DNA of 64,000 nt from a bacterium (GTDB lineage: Bacteria; UBA8248): NCBI GenBank assembly GCA_965200245.1, contig CBDATS010000005.1:128001-192000 (forward strand), written 5' to 3'. The notes under the pieces were generated by a model, which was not told where the DNA came from, did not search any database, and saw only the letters and a program-made list of their open reading frames with translations. Positions within the stretch are counted from its first letter, which is position 1. Each line of letters starts with the position of its first letter. This document shows, piece by piece, positions 21,027-29,656 of the stretch. Made by a program: the position numbers and the translations under genes.

Positions 21027-22145
21027 TCAGTTCAAAGACTTCTTGGTAATAATGAAATCCCGCAGAACGTTGGAGGAATTCCTGGGCAACGCGACCTCCG
21101 AGCCGTTCAGGGATATCTGCGTGCCCGCTACGTTTCCCACTGTGAGGGCAAATTTCTCCGATCCCTTCCAGTTCCTCTCGTTGCCTGCCAACAAGAGAAG
21201 TTCTTCCGTATTCTTCGAATCGACCACGATCCGAAGCCACGTGTCTTCAGTCGCAAAAATCTTCAATATCAGTGGCAATTCTTGTGAAGCGGTGGTTGAT
21301 CGCGGTTTTTTCGGTGCGGCCTGGTTGTCCGGTGCCGCGTTGGGGGCGGCCTGGCCGCTTGCCGGAGCGGAGGGGTTTTGCGGTGCAGGCGTAGCCTCGA
21401 CGGAAGCAGTGTTTTCCGGTGCGGGAGGCGCCTCCTCCGTCTGCGGACTTTCCTGCGCCGGAGTGTTCGCCACGGCCGCCTGGACCTGGGGCTTCTCTTC
21501 CTTCTTTGTAGCCGGAGGCTCCTTCATATTCCCGTTCGAGGCCGTGGGAGTTGCTTCAGGAGCCTTCTGCCCGGTGGCGTTTTTTTTCCTGACGGCTCCA
21601 GCCTCGTTGTTCCTGCTCGCGTTTGTCTGGTTCTGGCGGGGGATATCATCACCCTTAAGCATTATTGCCTTTTTCACCCTGTTGATAATTGACTCGATCG
21701 GAACCAACTGCTCTGTTTTCCCCTTCATGTACCAGAGAAGACCGCCGCCTGCGAGCAGAAAAACCAGGACAAAGGCGAAGGTGGCGACAGATGAGAAACG
21801 ATTCATCCGGCGTGGGTGGGTGGCGAAAGTGCGAACCGCAGGTTCAAGCTCATAGCCTTCGAGTTGAACCCCACCGGAAATTTCGCGCTTGTAGCTCGCG
21901 ACGACGGCCTGATTGTCCACACCGACCGCATCCGCATATGCGCGAACGAAGCCAAGACCGACAGGGCCGGTCGGCAAATTATGGAACTCGCTGTTATCGA
22001 TGCTTTCCAGATAGTATGTTCGGATACGCGTATGTTCGGAGACCGAGCGTAGCGTTATGTCCTTTGCCTCACGCACTCGACGCAAGAAAGAACCTACACC
22101 ATCCTTTTCTAACTGAGCCGCCAATCTCGGGTCGAGATTCGCCAT
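21027..22145 (-). CDS. rodZ: RodZ-like cytoskeleton protein (HTH, TM, linker, DUF4115)
   Basis: GSFLRRVRE...TRIR..YLESID...GFVRAYA HTH, one TM helix, Ala/Pro-rich linker and WLRIVVD...VGNVAG C-domain. Confidence 0.88.
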   Translation of the reverse strand: MANLDPRLAAQLEKDGVGSFLRRVREAKDITLRSVSEHTRIRTYYLESIDNSEFHNLPTGPVGLGFVRAYADAVGVDNQAVVASYKREISGGVQLEGYELEPAVRTFATHPRRMNRFSSVATFAFVLVFLLAGGGLLWYMKGKTEQLVPIESIINRVKKAIMLKGDDIPRQNQTNASRNNEAGAVRKKNATGQKAPEATPTASNGNMKEPPATKKEEKPQVQAAVANTPAQESPQTEEAPPAPENTASVEATPAPQNPSAPASGQAAPNAAPDNQAAPKKPRSTTASQELPLILKIFATEDTWLRIVVDSKNTEELLLLAGNERNWKGSEKFALTVGNVAGTQISLNGSEVALPRNSSNVLRDFIITKKSLN

Positions 22146-22201
22146 GAAGGGGCCTCATTTCTTCTCTACATTCCAATAAAAACGACCCGATTGTGAAATC
22201 A

Positions 22202-22231
22202 AGTCTATTTCATAATCAGCCCGAAAGTCAA
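22202..22231 (-). promoter_or_regulatory. Putative sigma70 promoter for rodZ
   Basis: TTGACT-18 nt-TAGACT on the minus strand. Confidence 0.45.
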
Positions 22232-22309
22232 CGCAGGAACAACGGGTATTATTTCTTTTCACTGACTCGAACAAAGCGCAAAAACCATGATTTGCGTACC
22301 TTGCGATTT

Positions 22310-23179
22310 TCAGGAGATCATGGAGAGAATCAGAGGCGTTACGTGACAGATATTCGGATTCGCAGCGTCTGCGGACAAGGCGTCCGTACCTTTCCCGTAA
22401 AGCAGTATGGGAACGGGGTTTGTAGTATGCGCGGAAGTTTCCATATCCTCCACATTTCCGTGGTCGCTGCTCAGAACGAACGTATCCTCGGCCGGGTCGA
22501 TGCGCCTGAGAGCGGCCTGCAGGAATCGGTTCAACCCCGTCAAAACCGCAATGGCTTCCTCGGTGGTTCCGCGGTGGCCGACGTGATCGGTCTGGAAAAA
22601 CTCATAAACCAGCAAGTCCTTCCCTCGTGCCAGCTTTCCGAGGCACGTGCCCGCCTCCTCTGCATCAAGCCTGGGCACGTCATGACCCTGTTCGGCAATG
22701 ACAGCGTTTGTGTAGTCGCGGTAAACGGCCCGGCCCACGATGAGATCCTCGAGGCGGTTCAGGCGAAGGCCGGCGCTCTCGGCGGTTACCGTGGTCACCG
22801 AGCGGATGCGATTCCTGCCACGCATGAAAAACCGGGGCGTATACGTGTTGGCGAAACCGACGGCGGCGCCCTTCTCTCTCGCACGCCTCAAGAGGCCGTT
22901 TCGAGCGATGATACGTCGCAACTGCGTATTCGGAAGGGCCTGTACGTGCCTGCCCACCGCCTTGGGCGCGTTGACGCCGGTGAACAGGGCGGTCCCGCCC
23001 GTCGCGCTCTGTGGAACGCCCTCCATCCCGAGGCAGGCGTCCGCCTCGATGAGGCGGAATCCGGGCGCTTCGTTTCCGCACAAAAGCCCCAGCGGCGGTT
23101 CTTTCACGAAGGAGAGTGGATTACCCGGCCCCGGCGCAGCGACGCCCAGACCATCCACGAACACGAAAAGAACGGACAT
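22310..23179 (-). CDS. Alkaline-phosphatase-superfamily metalloenzyme (iPGM/phosphopentomutase-like)
   Basis: FVDGLG, PQSATG (Ser nucleophile), TDHVGH and SSDHGN...HT.NPVP metal-binding motifs. Confidence 0.8.
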   Translation of the reverse strand: MSVLFVFVDGLGVAAPGPGNPLSFVKEPPLGLLCGNEAPGFRLIEADACLGMEGVPQSATGGTALFTGVNAPKAVGRHVQALPNTQLRRIIARNGLLRRAREKGAAVGFANTYTPRFFMRGRNRIRSVTTVTAESAGLRLNRLEDLIVGRAVYRDYTNAVIAEQGHDVPRLDAEEAGTCLGKLARGKDLLVYEFFQTDHVGHRGTTEEAIAVLTGLNRFLQAALRRIDPAEDTFVLSSDHGNVEDMETSAHTTNPVPILLYGKGTDALSADAANPNICHVTPLILSMIS

Positions 23180-23180
23180 G

Positions 23181-24200
23181 CTACAGTGTTCTGCCTGCGG
23201 CCTCTGCGAAAACCTTTAGTTCCTCAAGCAAGGCAGCGAACTTGCTCGGCTTGAGCGACTGCGGTCCATCACTCATCGCCTTCTCTGGCTCTGGATGCAT
23301 TTCGAGCATCAGGCCGTCTGCCCCAACGGCCACGGCCGCTTTCGCCAGGGGCGCGACGAACCGCCAGGCGCCTGCCGCATGGCTCGGATCCACTACGACC
23401 GGCAAATGCGTCTGCTCCTTGAGTACGGGCACGGCACTGATATCCAGTGTGTTGCGCGTGGCCGTCTCGAAAGTGCGGATTCCCCGCTCGCACAGCACGA
23501 CGTTCGGGTTCCCCTGGCTCATGATGTATTCGGCCGACATCAGGAACTCCTCGATGGTGGTGGACATTCCACGCTTCAGGAAAATCGCCTTGTTGGTCTT
23601 GCCGACTTTTTTGAGCAGCGAGAAGTTCTGCACGTTGCGCGCGCCAATCTGCAGCACGTCCGCGTACTCGCAGCACACATCGATGTCTTCTGAGTCCATT
23701 ACTTCGGTCTGGATGGGAAGCCCCGTCCTCTCGCGCGCCTCGGCGAGGAGTTTGAGGCCTTCTTCCGCCATCCCCTGGAAACTGTACGGCGAGGTGCGCG
23801 GCTTGTACGCGCCGCCTCTCAAGACGTGTCCGCCGCATGCTTTGACCACATCTGCGGACTCCATGATCTGTTCCCTGCTCTCTACGGAGCAAGGTCCGCC
23901 GACGACAATGATCTTCTCACCGCCGATTTCCACCCCTTCACCCATCGGCAACTTGCTGCGCTCGGGCCTTCCCTCTGAACTCGCTAGTTTGAATGGCTTG
24001 AGAATCGGCATCGCTTTTTCCACTCCATTCAACGAGACAAGTGATTCCAGCATGTATTTCCCTCGCTCATCCCCGATAGCCCCGATCACGGTGCGTTCCA
24101 CCCCTTTGATGACATGTTCCTTGTAGCCGAGTTCGTTGATCCTCTTGATGGCGTTCTGTATCTCATCGTCCGTTGCGTCCTGCTTCATTACGATTATCAA
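23181..24200 (-). CDS. aroF: DAHP synthase type I-beta with N-terminal ACT-like regulatory domain
   Basis: [38 protein letters not shown] and DPSHA. TTG start with AAGGAG RBS. Confidence 0.95.
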   Translation of the reverse strand: MIIVMKQDATDDEIQNAIKRINELGYKEHVIKGVERTVIGAIGDERGKYMLESLVSLNGVEKAMPILKPFKLASSEGRPERSKLPMGEGVEIGGEKIIVVGGPCSVESREQIMESADVVKACGGHVLRGGAYKPRTSPYSFQGMAEEGLKLLAEARERTGLPIQTEVMDSEDIDVCCEYADVLQIGARNVQNFSLLKKVGKTNKAIFLKRGMSTTIEEFLMSAEYIMSQGNPNVVLCERGIRTFETATRNTLDISAVPVLKEQTHLPVVVDPSHAAGAWRFVAPLAKAAVAVGADGLMLEMHPEPEKAMSDGPQSLKPSKFAALLEELKVFAEAAGRTL

Positions 24201-24240
24201 ATCTTATCTCCTTTTTTTCGGAATTATCAGCGCGAATCTC

Positions 24241-24272
24241 AAAAAAATCGCCGTGAGGCTCTCCCACGGCGA
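24241..24272 (-). terminator. Attenuator terminator upstream of aroF
   Basis: Minus strand TCGCCGTGGG-AGAGC-CTCACGGCGA followed by T7, about 40 nt before the aroF start. Confidence 0.85.
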
Positions 24273-24326
24273 GTGCTTCCCTGTTCTCCGTGGCGACCGG
24301 GCTGTCCGCCCGCCCGCCGCTCGTTT

Positions 24327-24404
24327 TCACATGACGGCGTGCGGACGGACGGTGATAAAGCCGAAAAAGCCATATTCCTCACCAAAATGACCGAACGTCC
24401 GCAT
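24327..24404 (-). CDS. Phe/Tyr-rich leader peptide MRTFGHFGEEYGFFGFITVRPHAVM
   Basis: 25-aa ORF with 5 Phe and 1 Tyr, AAAGG RBS 8 nt upstream, lying between a promoter and the terminator ahead of aroF. Confidence 0.78.
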   Translation of the reverse strand: MRTFGHFGEEYGFFGFITVRPHAVM

Positions 24405-24458
24405 CTTGTTCGCCTTTGAAACGTGAAAAGTTTTTCTGCCTCTCTAAAAAAGCGCTTT

Positions 24459-24488
24459 AGGATAATCCCGCAAACCCATAAAAGTCAA
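24459..24488 (-). promoter_or_regulatory. Putative sigma70 promoter of the aroF leader
   Basis: TTGACT-18 nt-TATCCT on the minus strand. Confidence 0.55.
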
Positions 24489-24518
24489 CCCATTGGACGC
24501 GGAAATTTTCGGTATTTT

Positions 24519-25683
24519 TCAGGTTTTTCGCACCACTTCCGTGAGCCTGCGCCGATCCGGTCCGGACGGCCTGAGCAACCTGCCTCCCAGCACCACGTGC
24601 GTTGCCTCCAGCATCCTCTGTCCCGTGCGCCGTTCTCACATGGCATCCTCGAAAGCAAACCGACCCTCACGCATCCGGAATACGGCGACATCGCCCCGCG
24701 CGCCTTTTCGGAGCGTCCCCACTTCGCCTTTCAAGCCAATCCATTCCGCCGCCGTCTGCGTGCTGAGCCGCACCACCTCTGCAAGGGGGAAGCCCAGGGC
24801 CAGGAACTTGCTCATAAGACTCGGGAAATCACACACAGGGCCATTGATGCAATGCGTATGGAGGTCTGTGCTGAGATTTCCCGGCATGAGGCCCTGTTCC
24901 ATGGCGCGTTCCATGATCTCGAAACTGAAGCTCGAACGCCCGTGGGCAACGTCGAGTAACACCCCTGAGTCTCTCGCCTCCTACACCGCGCGGCGCACCC
25001 GACCCCGTGCGTCGAGTATGTTTTCCCTGCGACCGTGAAACGCATGCGTCAGAACGTCGCCCGGGCGGAGGCGTTTGAGGATGCTGGGCAAAGAAGTGGG
25101 CGTATCACCCACATGGACCATGAGAGGGACTTTCAGGAATTCCGCCGCCTCGAGTGCCGCATCCAGCGGCTTCGATCCGCTGCGTTCCACCACGTTGTTG
25201 CTCAGGCGCACCTTCATGCCAATCAGGTATTTTCGATGCTTTTGGTAGCACTCCACTGCCCTGTCCACGCGCAGTGCGCGCATATCGATGTTCTCGCCAA
25301 GGCCGTCTATCAGGAGTCCGCCTTCCGAGATGTTGAGATACGCGCGCACCGTCGGACGCGCCTTCTCCAGGAACCACTCCTGAAAACCGGGATATGTCTG
25401 TGCGCCTGCGCTGCCCGTATCGACCGCAGTCGTGACGCCGCGCGACAGCATGGCGGCCTCGAGGTTCACCCCGTAGTGCGTAATGCCCTCGTAAAAATGG
25501 CAATGGAGGTCAACCAGGCCGGGTGTTACAACTTTTCCCCGTGCGTTGAGCGTCTGCCTGCCCCCCCGGTTCGATGTGGGGATCCACCCGCCGCACACGA
25601 CCCTGTGCTATCTCGACATCCATCGTCCCTTCCAGACCTTGGGAGGGATCGAGCACGTATCCACCGCGAATCACGAGGTCCAT
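24519..25683 (-). pseudogene. Amidohydrolase/deacetylase-family metallohydrolase (dihydroorotase-like), disrupted
   Basis: AGGAGG RBS, MDLVIRGG.VLDP, PGLVDLHCH, LMVHVG, LTHAFHG and STDLH. Frameshift at the G7 run (25561-25567), in-frame TAG at 24981-24983 and in-frame TGA at 24636-24638. Confidence 0.85.
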
Positions 25684-26106
25684 ACACTGGCCTCCTACAA
25701 TGAAACCGGGTGCGAACCTACAGGTTCAGCAAGAACCGGAGCAAAAAAAGTAGCTTCGGGGAATTATTCCCCCCAGAAGCGATGAGACGCAATCGGCCGT
25801 GGAACTGGCTTCGAAATGATTCAAATGCAAACATCATCCATTAGGAACGCACCAGCGCAGGCATCTGGAGCATCTCCCGGGAAAATCCATGCAAATCGAA
25901 ACGGGGAACTTGTCTGGCCGATACCCGTGGACAAGACAAACAAGATGGGCTGGAACGTCTCGAAAAAACGGAAAACATCGCAAATTCGAAGGGCGCCGCA
26001 GACAACGGGATGGCCCGTGGATTCGAGAGACACCGAAGCCGGACATCAAAAACCCGTATCGTGAGAAGGGTTGGCCGAGACCCTTGATCGCATCGCCACA
26101 CAGCGA

Positions 26107-26360
26107 AATCCGTACGAAATTCTGCACACGGAGAAGACAATACACGCTCCCACAAAACTGCCGACTCAAAAACCGAAGCGGCAGACAGGAACAGGATTGA
26201 CAGGTTGGCGAACCGCGATGCACAGGGAGAAACAAGGGTCTGCAATGTTACGAATAACGTGTTCAGAATACGCTGGGGCGATTACCGGGTTCTGTACGCT
26301 CTCTGCAACGGTTTCAGAATACCCATTCCCGACATCGAGAATAGAGGGGTGTCTATAGCC
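26107..26360 (+). pseudogene. RelE/StbE-type toxin relic
   Basis: 26262-26297 translates as FRIRWGDYRVLY, followed by ...DIENRG. The upstream part (PYEILHTEK) is in another frame and there is no valid start. Confidence 0.6.
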
Positions 26361-26655
26361 TATAGAAGAACAGACCCCTGAGAAGAATGTTCACCTCATC
26401 TTTCATCCACTTCTTGAAAATCTGCGTCCTATCCTCCAATATGCCATGAAAATCTTGCATCAATCTTTCTCCGAAGTGAAAGAGAAGGAAATGACCCGCG
26501 GAAATGGGTATTGCGGGTGGAATGCTTCCGTTCCGGGAAAACCGGTAACCCCGAAGAGGGCGGCTGATCAACATGTCCAAAACCGATTTTTCACATGGCT
26601 TTCCCAAGCCTGCCTGTCCAGTTCCCCTGCAAAATCAAACCACCGGAGTCAAGAA

Positions 26656-27828
26656 ATGAGCCTGCAAACAGAAACTCAACTGCAATTCGATCTCGACGAA
26701 ACGCAAAAGATGCTTCGCCAGACGGTGCGCGAACTCTCGGAGCGCTACATCGCCCCGCGCGCCGCCGACATCGACGAGTACGAGGAATACCCCGAGGACA
26801 TCTACCAACTCCAGAAAGAACACGGCCTGCTCGGCATCTTCTTCCCCGAGGAATACGGGGGTGGCGGCATGGGCTTTCTGGGTGGCTGCGTCGCCATTGA
26901 GGAAATCGCGCGCGTTTGCTCGAATTCGCCGCTGTTCATCGTGCTCAACATGCTCTCAAGCCGCGTCATCGATCTGAGCGGAACGCAGGAGCAGAAAGAC
27001 CACTACATGGCGGGCCTCGCGAAAGGAGAACTCAGAGGTTCCTACGCGCTCACCGAACCCCACGCGGGATCGGATGCGGGCAACATCCGCACGCGCGCCG
27101 TCAAGGAGGGCGACGAATGGGTCATCAACGGCACCAAGTGCTTCTGCACGGGACCCGACAAGGCGGATTTCATCACCGTCGCCGCCAAGACCGACGCCCA
27201 TGCGGGCACGCGCGGTATCACCTATTACATCGTGCCCACAGATTCGCCGGGCTTCAGCATCGCCAAGCACGAACGCAAGATGGGGATGCGGGGTATCGCG
27301 ACCTGCATGCTCAACCTCGACAACGTGGCCGTCCCGCTTGAGAACCAGGTGGGCGAATTGAACGGGGGCTTCAAGACCGCGATGATCGGCTTCAACCAGA
27401 TGCGGCCGGCCATCGGATCGCGCGCGGTAGGTCTGGCACAGGGTTGCCTCGACTACGCGTCCAACTACGCCAAGGAACGTGAGGCTTTCGGCAAGCCCAT
27501 CGCCCAGCATCAGGCCGTGCAGTTCATGCTTGCGGACATGTTCATGGACATCGAGGCAGCGAGGCTGCTCGTCTACCGCGCGGCTGCTCTTGTGGACGCG
27601 GGCCAAATCGGCAAGGAGAATGCCCGGTATTTCTCGACGGCCAAGACCTACGCGGCCGACATGGCGATGAAGTGCGCGATAGACAGCATCCAGGTTCTTG
27701 GCGGGGCAGGCTACATGAAGGATCACCCACTCGAGCGTTTCATGCGCGACGCCAAGCAGATCCAAATCGTCGAGGGAACGAGCCAGATTCAGCGGATGAT
27801 CATCGCCCGGAACCTGCTCGGCCTCTAG
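26656..27828 (+). CDS. Acyl-CoA dehydrogenase (paralogue 1)
   Basis: ALTEPHAGSD, INGTKCF, KMGMRG, REAFGKPI..HQAVQFMLADM and QIVEGTSQIQR (catalytic Glu kept). Confidence 0.95.
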   Translation: MSLQTETQLQFDLDETQKMLRQTVRELSERYIAPRAADIDEYEEYPEDIYQLQKEHGLLGIFFPEEYGGGGMGFLGGCVAIEEIARVCSNSPLFIVLNMLSSRVIDLSGTQEQKDHYMAGLAKGELRGSYALTEPHAGSDAGNIRTRAVKEGDEWVINGTKCFCTGPDKADFITVAAKTDAHAGTRGITYYIVPTDSPGFSIAKHERKMGMRGIATCMLNLDNVAVPLENQVGELNGGFKTAMIGFNQMRPAIGSRAVGLAQGCLDYASNYAKEREAFGKPIAQHQAVQFMLADMFMDIEAARLLVYRAAALVDAGQIGKENARYFSTAKTYAADMAMKCAIDSIQVLGGAGYMKDHPLERFMRDAKQIQIVEGTSQIQRMIIARNLLGL

Positions 27829-27840
27829 GAGCGGGCTGAG

Positions 27841-29007
27841 GTGAAGGGAAGCCAGAATCCTGCAGGCACGTTCGAACTCTCCCCGGCCCAGCGGATGCTG
27901 GCCGATACGATCTATGAATTGAGCCGCCGACACATCGCACCGCGTGCCGGTGAGACGGACGAGAACAACGAATACCCGGAAGACGTCTTCGCACTTCTCA
28001 AATCCCACGATCTGCTCGGCCTCTACATCCCGGAAACCTACGGCGGGGCGGGCCTGGGAATTCTGGAAACCTGCGTCGCCATCGAGCAGATGGCGCGTTT
28101 TTGCTCGAACTCCCCTCTTTTCTTCTCCGTCCACTTGCTCGCCACGCGGCCCGTCGCCATCGGCGGAAGCGAGGTGCAAATGCACACCTATCTCGGCGGT
28201 GTAGCCCGTGGCGAATTACGGCCCGCCTTTTCGCTCACCGAGCCGAACGCAGGTTCCGACGCTGCGAACATATCCACACGCGCCGAACGTGACGGGGATT
28301 CGTGGGTCATCAACGGCCAGAAATGCTATTGCACGGGGGCGAGCGTGGCGGACTTCATCACCGTAGCGGCGAAGACCGAACCCGACAAAGGGGCAAGGGG
28401 CATCTCCTTCTTCAACGTTCCCAAGGGCGGGTTTCGCGTGGGACGTCATGAGCGGAAGATGGGAATGCGGGGTATTCCGACGTGTGAGGTCTTTCTCCAA
28501 AACTCGCGCGTACCTCTTGAGAACATGATCGGTGAACGAGGCCAGGGTTTCAAGACCGCCATGCTCGGCTTCAACCAGGCGCGACCCGCCATAGGTGCGC
28601 GCGGAGTGGGTCTGGCACAGGGGTGTCTCGATTACGCCTCGAACTACGCGAAGGAGCGCGAGGCATTCGGCAAGTCCATCGCACAGCACCAGGCCGTGCA
28701 GTTCATGCTCGCCGACATGTTCATGGAAACCGAGGCGGCCCGTATGCTCGTTTACCGTGCCGCCGCCATGGTGGATAATGGGCGTTACCGGAAAGAAGAT
28801 GTGCATTTCATCTGCGCCGCGAAATGCTACGCCACCGATGTCGCCATGAAGGTCGCCGTGGATGGCGTTCAGGTGCTCGGCGGCGCGGGCTACATGAAGG
28901 ACCACCCGATCGAGCGGTTCATGAGAGACGCCAAGCAGTTGCAGATTATCGAGGGGACCAACCAGATTCAGCGCATGGTCATCGCTCAAAATTTACTGGA
29001 ATTATAG
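27841..29007 (+). CDS. Acyl-CoA dehydrogenase (paralogue 2)
   Basis: SLTEPNAGSD, INGQKCY, KMGMRG and QIIEGTNQIQR; closely similar to paralogue 1. Confidence 0.95.
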   Translation: MKGSQNPAGTFELSPAQRMLADTIYELSRRHIAPRAGETDENNEYPEDVFALLKSHDLLGLYIPETYGGAGLGILETCVAIEQMARFCSNSPLFFSVHLLATRPVAIGGSEVQMHTYLGGVARGELRPAFSLTEPNAGSDAANISTRAERDGDSWVINGQKCYCTGASVADFITVAAKTEPDKGARGISFFNVPKGGFRVGRHERKMGMRGIPTCEVFLQNSRVPLENMIGERGQGFKTAMLGFNQARPAIGARGVGLAQGCLDYASNYAKEREAFGKSIAQHQAVQFMLADMFMETEAARMLVYRAAAMVDNGRYRKEDVHFICAAKCYATDVAMKVAVDGVQVLGGAGYMKDHPIERFMRDAKQLQIIEGTNQIQRMVIAQNLLEL

Positions 29008-29034
29008 TTCAAGTCCCTCGTCACGGAGACCGAA

Positions 29035-29643
29035 ATGAGCCAGATGATTGAAATCCTGCAACCCACCTCCTTCATTCGCGCGGGCGATCACCCCCTGGCG
29101 GAGCGGCCCGAAGATCTGGGCGGACTTACAATCGGCTTCTTCCACAACAACAAGCCCAACGCCGACGTTCTACTCGAACGGATCGAGGAGCTTTTCGCAA
29201 AAGAAGACGAGACGCTGCGCTTCGTGCGCTGGGGAAAGCCAAACCCCACCCTGCCCGAAGATCGGATTGAGGAATTCATCGAACAGGTGGATGTGGCCGT
29301 CTGCGCGGTGGGTGACTGAGGGAGTTGTACGTCATGGAGTATCCATGACTCGGTGGAGATGGAAAAAGCAGGCATTCCGACGGCCACGTTTTGTTCCAGT
29401 GAATTCTCGGCCCTGGGGGCAAACGAGAGAACGGCCCTGGGGATGCCTGGCCTCCCGATAGTCGTCGTGATGCATCCGGTGGGAGGCATAGCACCGGGAG
29501 AGGCGCGCGCTTTGGGCGATGGTGCGGTGGAGGAGATTCGGCACATCCTCACGAGCGACGCCGAGACTCTCAGGAAAGAATACAGAGCGCGCGAATACGT
29601 CCCGCCCCGAAAGGCGGTGCGCCACAAGACCCTCTTCGGATAG
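29035..29643 (+). CDS. Predicted UGSC-family selenoprotein (202 aa; TGA 29317-29319 read as Sec)
   Basis: ORFs 29035..29319 and 29353..29643 are in frame and join as AVGD-U-GSCTSWSIHD. Family-like motifs NNKPNAD..L and EKAGIPT. SECIS-like hairpin follows the TGA. Confidence 0.88.
29331..29349 (+). promoter_or_regulatory. Bacterial SECIS-like hairpin
   Basis: GTCATGGA-GTA-TCCATGAC, a perfect 8-bp stem with G in the apical loop, starting 11 nt after the TGA. Confidence 0.75.
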
Positions 29644-29656
29644 GCGGGCTTCCGAT

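Noticed and set aside
21290-21600. Ala/Pro/Glu-rich low-complexity stretch as a repeat array
   Set aside because: It is the ordinary flexible linker of RodZ, with no regular nucleotide repeat.
24340-24373. Alternative leader ORF from the ATG at 24373 (MAFSALS...)
   Set aside because: The RBS spacing is too short and it lacks aromatic codon enrichment; the ATG 24404 frame fits an aroF attenuator much better.
24636-24638. In-frame TGA in the amidohydrolase as a second selenocysteine
   Set aside because: The context FEDAM*ERR suits Gly, there is no redox motif or clear downstream hairpin, and the gene has two other lesions.
24519-25683. Second pyrC
   Set aside because: It belongs to a different amidohydrolase subfamily, is broken, and a canonical pyrC is present in the pyr operon.
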